Of a stretch of DNA of 64,000 nt, positions 28,001-40,000 are shown piece by piece. Every line of letters starts with the position of its first letter. The first letter of the stretch is position 1. The translations under genes were made by a program, and so were the position numbers. Source of the stretch: Mizuhopecten yessoensis (taxonomy: Eukaryota); assembly GCF_002113885.1 (NCBI RefSeq), contig NW_018408899.1:1904453-1968452 (forward strand). The letters run 5' to 3'. The notes under the pieces are model-generated. The model saw only the letters and a list, made by a program, of their open reading frames with translations. It did no database searches and was not told where the DNA came from.

Positions 28001-31000
28001 ATGGATTCAATAATGACATATTCTAACAGGGTAATAGCCACTATAATAAGGATATGGTGTCTGTATGGATACTAATGGGTTGGAAATGCATTGCTTTGCA
28101 TGAAAATCAGACTTGCTGGTGACCATGTGATTCAGACTTCAGGGATCCAGGAATCAGATTCTGAGAGTAGTGTATAATGATCCTCACATTATATGTGTAA
28201 TGATTAATGTTGAAATAAATTGTGCGCAGCACGCAGATATACAATTTCCCAACACGAATGAACACAATCAACACGAAAGTCCTTTTGGGGTTGTGTGACA
28301 GACGGTTAAACAATCAAATGGATATTTCGACCCAATCAATGGAAATCATTTTCGACATTAAACTGTGATGCTTTGCTGTATTTTACAAGTTATGTATAAT
28401 TAATATATCGCTATATTACCACCAGAAAAGAATTCACAATTATTACACTAGCTAGAATGAAATCCCCTGATGATTAAATGGAATCATCCATGAAATCAAT
28501 CCTGATAATGTTTATTTTAACAAGAGATCCAAATCGAGTAAACGCATACAAATATATTTGTTATGTATATGATGCTTTAAGAACACAAACAACTCTCGAG
28601 ACTGTACTCTTTCTATCCGTATAGTCTGCCAAACATGGCACTCAGAGATTGGGCTATATCCGTATAGACTGCCAAACATTTTTATTTTTTTCATATTTTT
28701 TTCAGACAATCTTATACTTGAGGTACTGTCTGAGGATGGAATGCATCAGCTCCGTTCCTTTACATACTCTCTTAATCAAGAATACGACATATTCAAATTG
28801 TATCCGATACTTTATGCACCTCTGTTCTGCAAGAAGGCTTTGAATTAAGCTAGATGTATCTTACCAGATTTTTTTTATTTAATTCGTTTAAATAACCAGT
28901 TGATCATTAATGCAAAATTTGGTTCACATATTTAACTTGCATAAAGTTACACATAGAAAAATCAATCTACAATATATTGACCGGAATTAATTGAAAAGGG
29001 GATTGGGGAGAGAAAATTGGTTTACTTAATTTTAATTCATAATCTTTGATAAAAGAGGCTTCCCTGTCATACTTTTTTGCTATGTTTCTTTCGATATTAT
29101 ATGGTGTTTTCAGTTTATTGATCAGAGTAGTAGGTAGGTAAAGTTCTTTACAAAAACGCTTTTGACAATATATGTAGTTCTTCATTTTTAGAATTATGAC
29201 ATTTTCTGCCCTGTTATTCAGATGTTGATTTTGTGTTGTTTTACCAGAAATAAAATCCTTTTTACATATATTAAAAGTCACATTACAAGTAGTTTGAATC
29301 CAAATTTGGAAAGCAAGAATTAAATTTTGGACTTTATTACATTCCCATAGTACATGCTGAATAGTTTCTTTTTCTATGAAGCAAAAATTACACATTGAAA
29401 ATTGAACCAAATTAATCTTTTTCAAAAAGGTGTTCGTAACTAAATTGTGATGATTTATTCTAAATTGCAGCCATTGTCGTTTTGAATTTGTATTAGTGTC
29501 AAAAGGTAGTTTGTATGTTTTCTTCCATTCCTCAAATAGTATATTTCCAAATATATTATTCCACTTTATTTGACCTATAGGCAATACATAGTTTTTGTTC
29601 AGCACATTGGACATATCTTTTGTACCCTTTTTATGTTTGATAATTATATTAATGTACAGTGGTTTCGATGGTAGTGTAAGCTTTTTTTCAAAGTTCCAGC
29701 CTAATCTTCTTATTGCAAAAATGAGACCATTATAATCAATAAAGTTAGTATTTAAATTATTAATTTCATTAAACTCATTTAGTTGAAGGAAACTGCCATC
29801 TTCCTTAGTAAGATCATTTATAAAAAACACACCTTTATCAAACTACTGCTTATAATACACATTATTATTGCCTATTTTGATTAAATCATTACACCAAATG
29901 GGTAGAGATAATATTTGTTCTGGCCGAGATATATCAATTTTCACCCTTAATGTATTCCACGCACTAGGAACATCAATCCAAAATTTGTTATGAAGTCCAT
30001 TTTTGATAACATATTCAATATATATCTATTTCCTAAAGTTAACAGTTTATTCTTATTAATTTTTGTAAACAGTACTGTCTGCCATGTTGATTTTAGAGCC
30101 ATTTCAAAATGTTTGATATCAAACATTTCAAACCACCTTCTTCATGATGTTTGACAATGACATCTACTTTTACTTTAGCTATTGGACTTCCCCAAAGGTA
30201 TTTATAAAACATATTATGGATTCTCTCATTGCAGTGTGGTTAGGTAAAGGTAATCCTATGAATAAATGTGTAAGTATTGGTAAAAGTAGTGATTTTATTA
30301 CAGTAATTCTGCCTATCGGAGTTATATATCATCTATTCCCTCGGTTAATCAATGACTTACATTTCTAAATTTGGTCTGAAATTGAATTAAAACTATTTTA
30401 TTAAGGCCAACATCAAAGTGAATTCCTAACAGATTAAAATGTGTTGACCCCCATGATAGAGCAAGATTATTGACTAATTTTTCTGTACTATAATTTTTAC
30501 TCCCTATCCATATTACATGGCTCTTATAGATGGAGCTTTATCTATCCTATGGTCTGTCAAACATGGCTCCTTAGAGATTGAGCTTAATCCTTCGATATAG
30601 TCTGTCAAACATGGCTCCTTAGAGACTTGGCTCTATCTATCCAAATAGTCTGCCAAACGCTGCTCGTTGGAAACTTGTCTCTATCAATCCGTATAGTCTG
30701 CCGAACATGGCTCCTTAAGATTGAGCTTAATCCGTCGATATAATGTGCCAAACATGGCTCTTTAAGGACTTGGCTCTATCTATCCAAATAGTCTGCCAAA
30801 CGCTGCTCGTTGGAAACTTGCATGGCTCTATCCATCCGTATAGTCTGTCGAACATGGCTCCTTAGAGATTGAGCTTAATCCATCGATATAGTCAGCCAAA
30901 CATGGCTCCTTAGAGATTTGGCTCTATCTATCCAAATAGTCTGCCAAACGCTGCTCGTTGGAAACTTGGCTCTATCCATCCGTATAGTCTGTCGAACATG

Positions 31001-34000
31001 GCTCCTTAGAGATTGAGCTTAATCCGTCAATATAGTCTGCCGAACATGGCTCCTTAGGGATTGAGCTTAATCCGTCAATATAGTCAGCCAAACACAGCTC
31101 CTTAGAGACTTGGCTCTATCCATTTGTATAGTCTGACAAACATGGCTCCTAAGAGACTTGGCTCTATCCATCCGTTTAGTCAGAAAAACATGGCTCCTAA
31201 GAGATTTGGCTCTATCCATCCATATAATCTAACAAACATGGCTCCTAAGAGACTTGACTCTATCTATCCGTATAGTCTGAGTAGCATGGCTCCTTAGAGA
31301 CTGGGCTCCGTCCGTCCGTATAGTCTGTTAAACGTGGCTCGTTTGAAACTTGGCTCTAGATCTATCCATCCGTATAGTCTGACAAACATGGCTCCTAAGA
31401 GATTTGGCTCTATCCATCCGTTTAGTCTGACCAACATGGCTCCTAAGAGACTTGGCTCTATCCATCCGTATAGTCAGACTAACAAACATGGCTCTTAAGA
31501 CACTTGGCTCTATCCATCCGTTTAGTCTGACAATCATGGCTCCTTTGAGACTGGACTCCGTCCATACGCATAGTCTGTTAAACATGTCTCGTTGGAAACT
31601 TGGCTCTGTCCATCTGTATAGTCTGACAAACATGGTGCCTAAGAGACTTGGCTCTATCCATCCGTTTAGTCTGACCAACATGGCTCCTAAGAGACTTGGC
31701 TCTATCCATCCGTATAGTCAGACTAACAAACATGGCTCCTAAGAGACTTGGCTCTATCCATCCGTTTAGTCTGACAATCATGGCTCCTTTGAGACTGGAC
31801 TCCGTCCATACGCATAGTCTGTTAAACGTGTCTCGTTGGAAACTTGGCTCTATCCATCCGTATAGTCTGACAAACATGGTGCCTAAGAGATTTGGCTCTA
31901 TCCATCCGTATAGTCTGACAAACATAGCTCCTTAGAGACTCGGCTCTATCTTTCCGTAAAGTCTGTCAAACATGGCTCCTTAGAGACTTGGCTCTATCAA
32001 TGCGTATAGTCTGTGAAACAAGATTCCTAGTCTCTGTCTTGTAAGGGTCTTAATTTTTGATACCATCAAGATGTTATTCCGTAATGAAAATTCTAATTGA
32101 ATTTGAATAAATTTCTAGCAAAAGTAAACCAGATCTAACTAAAATCTTTATTGATAAAGTATCTTGGGACTAACGGGTAATTTGTTCTAGCCTATTGTTA
32201 AGAATAATCTACAGAAGAGGATTTTTGAAACCTTGGCCTATTGGTCACCAATCGGTACTGCCATTCTGGCCATGACGAATGCGAAAACAATGATGGTAAA
32301 ATTAGGTTGTCTTTGGTCATATAGATGCAAGCAGCTTCCTTTCTCACATTCGGTTCCTGAGCTTTTTTGAAAAAACAATGTTAACAAGTAAATTGCTTGC
32401 AGACAGATGAAGCAATAGGACAGACAAAAGGCAACCATGATAGGTCACACGTGACCTCATCTCAGGGGACGTTAAAATCTGTGTTAAGGATACCCATCAA
32501 ATTTACAACACAAAACCTATCAACGATAGTCAGTCAACTTTAGAAAGCTTATTCTCATGTGTATGCTTGGTGTTTTAAACTTTGTAAATAACTACATACT
32601 GTAACTGATCTGCCAATAATCATGTACACAGACTATCCTAGGGAGTTGTACAGCAGGTATTTTCCAGTTTATTTCGTTTATTTCACATTCAGTTTGTCAT
32701 GATTACACACACATCAAAAACTGTATATACGTCATGAATTATCAGATTTGATAATCATCATGTCATACTAATATGGATTCAATAATGACATATTCTATCG
32801 GGGAAATAGCCACTATAATAAGGATATGGTGTTTGTACGGATACTAATGGGTTGGAAATGCATTGCTCTGCATGAAAATCAATTAAGGGTTTAAAATGTT
32901 ATATCAAATGTAGATTTTTTCTCAAAATTTGCACACCAGGTCATTTTGAAGTTAATGTGAACTGTTTCAACATAGACATCAATAAAAACATAATTGGGAA
33001 GGATAGTCTCCCATTAGCCTATCTTAGATTAATATTTCATATCGGCCAATCAGAATCAATATCACTGCTTCATAATTACACAGGGGAGACGGCTATGCAA
33101 ATTATTAAATATTGTCGGTCAAAGATGACTAAACAGGCATTTAGTATTTACTTTGAAGACATGGTCTTGGCGCATATTAATCAATATTTCCTGAAAATAT
33201 CCAGGCTTAGCTGTGGAACTAAATGAATTATTAGGACATCATATTGACACAGGATGAGTCAATACGTATGTTGTTTTCAGTCGTAACCAATAGAAGGCAG
33301 GATTATGACAAACATAACCGTGCCTGCTTCATATTGTTTATACCCAGCATGTCATTCATATTGAACGAACCCAGAGCTAAGCAATTTTTTACAATAACAG
33401 TTACTTACTTGACAACGAAAATCTGCGACTGAACTTCTAACAAGTGTTAACTACGACATCTTCATTACTTTTGACTGTTCGTAATAACAGACTTGAGTGA
33501 TAGATTGATACAGATATAGGCTGTTTGTTTTGTAGGAAGTGTATTTATTAATGTTAGGCAGAGCCATGTTCCGCGTATCTTACATCATGTTCATGGTAGT
33601 CTGTCTACATACCGTCAGTGCTAATACGATGGACGACGTGAAAACATTGCTGGCGGACCTGATGGGGAACTATTCGGTGGAGATTCGACCTGTAAAGGAC
33701 CAGAGTATGCCGGTATATGTTGATGTCGGCATGAATCTCATATCCATCAATGACTTCAATGAAGTGACCGGAGTTATTTCAGTTGTTGCCGTTATATTTC
33801 TTTCTTGGAGGGATGAAAGTCTGGTGTGGAATCCCTGGAGTTATAACAATACAACACATCTAACATTTTCACAAAAACAAATATGGGTTCCAAAAATGTA
33901 CTTGGTGAACCCAGCAAGTGAGTTTAAACCCATCAGCAATAAGCATTTTAAAGTCACTGTATTAGCCAATGGTTTTGTTAATTGGGCCCCTGGAGGGGTA

Positions 34001-37000
34001 CTTCAAGCCTCTTGTACACCTGATGTTTCTAAATTCCCATTTGATGTACAGACATGCACAATTTCACTAAATTCATATGGATACGGTACAACAAAGGTTT
34101 CTCTGACCACGCAGGTACCAACGATTAATTTAAGTCTCTTCTCAACTAACACTGCCTGGGACATCATATCAACTAAAACCATCGTAAACTCCGACGTATT
34201 CACCGATTTTGCTTCATTTTCCATCACCATGAGCAGGAGACCGTTGAACTTCATAGTCAGTGTTGTGATCCCAATCATCATGTTGGCTCTGGTCAATCCG
34301 TTTGTATTCATTCTACCGTTCAATTCCGGTGAACGAACGTCGTACAGTATCACAGTACTTCTAGCGTTCACGGTGTATATGACAGTGGTAAGTGACAGGA
34401 TGCCGGCCTCATCCGATCCAATCTCCCAGTTATCGTACTATCTACTCTCAATGCTTGGTCTCAGTGTTCTTATCGTAATCATGAATATATTTCAAATCAG
34501 AACATACAGCAAAGATGACAACCAGGAGCCAGTTCCGCAGTGGATGAAGAAGTTGGTGATGAATTGCAAGAAAATTTGCCAAAGGGGCAAAGTGGAAAGC
34601 AAATTTAAACTGCAACAGGATATAAAACAAACTTCAAGCAGAAATGAACCTATCAAAAACAACATCATTCGTTTAGATTCAATCGATGAGACAGATATTG
34701 CAAACATACAAGCAACTCCAAAAGAAACCAACGTTATTCAAACTGACTCATTACAGCACGAAAACGTCACTTGGCATACTATCGCTCAATATACAGACAA
34801 AGCTTATTTTGTTGCATTTTTGGTTTTCACGGGTGTTTCATCTTTGAGATATTTTATAGAAGTTACCACATGAATTATTTCAAATGCATTACAGGTGGTA
34901 TACTTTGTAATTTTTTTTTAAATTTTATGTAATAATTCATGTGATTTTTCAGAAATGTGTTGTAAGCAAAATAACTAGTCCTAAGCCTAACAGACCACCA
35001 TCTGGACAGCTCTACAGGAATGTTCCTACAGTATGGCTGACAGGGCACCAATTAAACACAGAGCAGATGTATACGGTGTATAAAAAAACATAATTTAGGG
35101 AACTATAATACAGGAAAATTTCTTTTTTGACTTTTAAGCATTAAATAAAGTTTCATCAGATTGAATTTCTTCATCTTTGTTTTATGCTGAATTTTTACAA
35201 TACGGGATAGAAGAAAAATGATTAACAGAACAGGAGGAAGGGTAATATGGGAAAATGTAATTATGGTAAATATAATGATCCCTCACATTATATGTGCAAT
35301 TTAGTAAACTGTGATGCTTTGCTGTATTTCACCGGTACCGTTTTATTTTTATATAATCATATTATCGCCAAAAATCATGTTTGTGATGTATTTAAGAATG
35401 CATACAACTCTCTCTGTCATGTTTGTGATTTCGTTAAGAATGCATACAACTCTCTCTGTCATGTTTGTGATGTCGTTAAGAATGTATACAACTCTCTCTG
35501 TCATGTTTGTGATGTCTTTAAGAATGCATACAACTCTCTCTGTCATGTTACTGATGTCGTTAAGAATGCATACAACTCTCTCTGTCATGTTTGTGATATC
35601 TTTAAGAATGCATACAACTCTCTCTGTCATGTTTGTGATGTTGTTAAGAATGCATACAACTCTCTCTCTGTTATGTTTGTGATGTCTTTAAGAATGCATA
35701 CAACTCTCTGACGTGTTTGTGATGTCATTAAGAATGCATACAACTCTCTCCATCATGTTTGTGATGTCGTTAAGAATGCATTCAACTCTCTCTGTCATGT
35801 TTGTGATGTCGTTAAGAATGTATACAACTCTCTCTGTCATGTTTGTGATGTCGTTAAAAATGCAAACAACTCTATGACGTGTTTGTGATGTCGTTAAAAA
35901 TGCAAACAACTCTCTCACGTGTTTGTGTTGTCGTTAAGAATGCATACTACTCTCTCCATCATGTTTGTGAAGTCGTTAAGAATGCATTCAACTCTCTCTG
36001 TCATGTTTGTAATGTCGTTAAGAATGCATACAGCTCTCTGACGTGTTTGTGATCTCGTTAAGAATGCATACAACTCACTCTCTGTCGTGTTTGTGATGTC
36101 GTTAAGAATGCAGACAACTCTCTCTGTCATGTTTATGATGTCGTTAAGAATGTATACAACTCTCTCTGTCGTGTTTGTGATGTCGTTAAGGATGCATACA
36201 ACTCTCTCTGTGATGTTTGTGATGTCGTTAATAATGTATACAACTCTCTCTGTCATGTTTGTGATGTCGTTAAGAATGCATACAACTCACTCTCTGTCGT
36301 GTTTGTGATATCATTAAGAACAAATACAACTCTTTCTGTCTTCAAGTGTCTTGTTTGTGATGTTTTTAACAACACACAAATCTCTCCGTCATGAATGTGA
36401 CGTCTTTAAGATCACATACATATTTCAGTCATGTGTGTGATATCTTTAAGAATTCAAATATTCCTTTATTTTTATTTTTTCTGTCACATGTTACCAAATA
36501 TCACGACTGGAAATCTCAAAAGAAGAAAGCCATTTTGGTATCCCTGTACCACTGCCAAAAATTGTAACTAAGAGATATTGGCTAAATAAGCTTTAATGAT
36601 TATTTCTAAAAGGAAGACCATATTTTAGGGGACTTGTGTGAAAAATATAAAAACCATGATTAAACAAAATATATTATCAACAACAGTATTTTGAGTGTAA
36701 AACTTTAGCCAGGCCAGACTGGCATTCCAACCCTGGACTTCAGGTTGTTGTACTATCATTCTAACAGACTCAGCTATCTTGTCAACGGAAGTGCCCTAGC
36801 TGACATATAACTGTGAACTAATTACTGCATTACGAAAAACTTTGGGGTAGTCGGACAGGGATCCTTAATTTTCTCTTAGATCAACAGATCACTTTATCAA
36901 ATATACACTACATACTAGGACTGTAGGATGAATACTATGTTTACTACTGTGCTAGGATAAAATGTTTAACACTCCAACATGTACACATTTTAGACACTCT

Positions 37001-40000
37001 TCTTTCAAAAAAGACATTTAACAAAGTAATGACTGGGGATGCTGCATGAAAACAGCTAGATTATAAAATAACGTGAATTTCAAAATATGTTTTTTTGGAA
37101 AAGTATTAAACAATATAGCTTCATTATTATGACAGCAAAAGATCATTTTTATGAATATTTTGTCCATTTGGGGTTAGAATATTTTGATATTAAAAAGATT
37201 TCTGATTCTGTAAGCAGGGTATGTCAGGTACATTTTGTAATTTCAAACAACACATTGACATAAAAACATTTTTCACCAGGTGATCTTAATCTGTGCAAGA
37301 AAATATTTCATTTAGTGAAACAAAAAACAAATTGAAATGTAAGTAAGAATAATATTACCATCCAAAAATATGTCGCTGCAGAGCTCTTCATCCAGCCAAA
37401 ATATGGAAGCAATAGGACCTATGGAGAGGACAGGTTTAATTAATGACATCACTCAAATTTAAAATCCACCTCAAGTTTTCAAAACATTAAAACATGTCAG
37501 TAGTTACTCTGCTACTTTGATTATACATTTCACAAACTGCATCTCTTTTATTTTCATTAAAAAAAAAAAAATCCGGACAATGATGTATTGTCCTGAAAAT
37601 ATGTTTTTTAATGAAAATATGGATGAAAAATTCCTTAAAAATACATAGCAAGAGGCCCATGGGCCTAAACGGTCACTTGAGTCCTACAGTGTTTATTTTT
37701 GTTGTTGAAATATGTACCAATTTGAGTAAATAATTATTAAGTATAACGTTAACTCAAGTTTGTCAGGACCATGAGCTGATCATTCCTAGACCGATTTTCA
37801 GTTAGATTGGCCTATAGAACTTGTTTTTAAAGCTCAGGTGACCAAAAAAGTTAATTGTTACAATTTGCTTTTGTTTTGCAATGATTTGTTATTGTCACTT
37901 TACTTAACATCATATTTCAGCTAATATCTCTGGATGGTTTTTTTAGCATATTTTTTCTCCAAAAATATGATGTATGTACTATAATTTGTCATGTAGAAAC
38001 ACACATATGTTCTGAAGAGCTTTTATTATGATGCCTCAAAGGGAGCAAATGTTTCCTTCTAATTATTGCACAAAAAATCACAAAAAAACACAAATAATCA
38101 CTGTAAATAACCCCCTTTTTTCACGCCTCTGCGATTCCGTTTTTGCGTATTGCAGAGTTATCTTCTCTTGGGAGCAGATATTGATTGTTACGTCATTGGC
38201 TTGTGTGAGAAATTTACGTCGTTTTCTCAAAAATTGATGACGTTACTCTCAAAAACAAGTGACATAACAATCAATACCTGCCCCCAAGAGAAGATAACTC
38301 TGCAATACGCAAAGACGGAATAGGACCCCCGAGGGCATAAACATCAGCATTGATGGAGCCCCCGTAAAATAAAGCAATTGGTGGGATAACAGCTAATTAT
38401 ATAACCCTGATGGTTTCCAGCAAGTAATTTCTTGTTTACATTGTGGCTGTATCTTTAGTAGAGGTGAGAACTGCATCTCATTTTACTATCCCAATAGTTT
38501 TCAAGTTTTATTCGAACTTTAGGCCCTTGGCCCATCAGTATACAATGCATATTACACAAATCATGGACGATGTACAAAGAATGAAGACAATCAAATTCCA
38601 ATATAATACCCTTCATTTGTTTGTTTCCCTCATAGATGACTTTTCCTAGTACATGTATACACAATTCTTTAATATTATGGACACTCAATAACTGAACGAC
38701 TTTAAACAGAGATGGTACAATATAGTACTGCGATAGTTGTTTCACTCTCCCGACAGTATTGGTTTAAACAATATTTCATTTACAAATATGCAGTACATAA
38801 TGTAAATATTATACAGAATGTAATGTTAGCGATCTGGCAACAAGAGTAGGCTCTTATATTAAGCCATCTCCCACCAGTATTGTGATAGTATTCCGATAGT
38901 TGTTTCACTTTACTATTGTATTGCGAAAGTTGTTTACTATCATAAAAGTATTATGATAACTGTTTTACTATCAATATAGTAGTGTGATATGTAGTTTATA
39001 TAAATATTGCAATAGTTTTTGAAATCTGATTTTGTATCATTAACTGATTTGAAAGAAATTTGTCATTTTCATGTCATTTTCATATGTCATTCCAGGTGGT
39101 GTTTTGTCATCTTCAGTGTCTTGTATTCTTGGAGTTATAAATTTGAATTCATTAATAAAAGAAAAACATATTAAAATAATTTTGTTAATTTCTTTGAAAC
39201 AATCAAATAAAAGAAAAGACACAGTCAAGTACACATATTCCTATGTAAGTCTTTAAACACCGTTTTGAAAGAAGAGATTTGTAGTGAAAATAATATAGAA
39301 AATACTTCTAATATGGACTAGTATTACTCCACCTGCTAATATGAATACAGGCAACACGATGACACCAGCCATGAGCTAGAAGGCCATGCAGGTACCGGTC
39401 GTGGCTGTGATACTCTGTGATCAGCACAATGTCGGATACATAGTGATGCAGTAACAATGGAGGGGAACATACTCTGCTTACAAGGTCTATTTACGTAAAA
39501 GGGTAACGGTATACACCTCCAGTCTAATAAATTAATACTTGATTTGTACAATTAAACAAGCTTTGGCATCACCATGCCTTTTGTTATGGGAGTTTCAGAG
39601 TGCACTGTTTGCAAGTGAATCAGCTTGTCACTAAGTGTTCCGATTGAACTTCCGGGGTTTTGTTAGCAATTTCAATCTAGGTTTTCCCAGAAGATTTAGC
39701 CAGCCGTGCTTTTGAGGACAGAGTAATCAAGATGTATATCAAAAGAAAGCTTTTGTCACTATCAATACTTCAGTATTACTAGTACTGTTGCAATAGTTTT
39801 CAACTTTTGTAATCCATATCAATGTATTGATATCCTGGTGATAAACTTACAATACATTGATAGTATGATGTATTGTTACACTCCTAATAGACAGAATGTG
39901 GGACAAACAAATGCTGTCTTACGGATAATGAAGGCATCTGGAAAGAGGCTCACCCATTTTATATACTTTTTGAACGTTCTACCTACTTTTCATTTTCCGT

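Noticed and set aside
31328-31935. Repetitive ORFs in the 48-bp array (also 22610-23512)
   Set aside because: Satellite read-through with no gene structure.
33539-33565. Longer N-terminus for receptor copy 2 (GTG 33539 or ATG 33551)
   Set aside because: Not conserved in copy 1; the shared gagccATG at 33566 precedes the signal peptide. ATG 33551 cannot be fully excluded.
35247-36308. Repetitive ORFs ([14 protein letters not shown] etc.)
   Set aside because: Artefact of a 42-bp (multiple of 3) minisatellite that is open in several frames on both strands.
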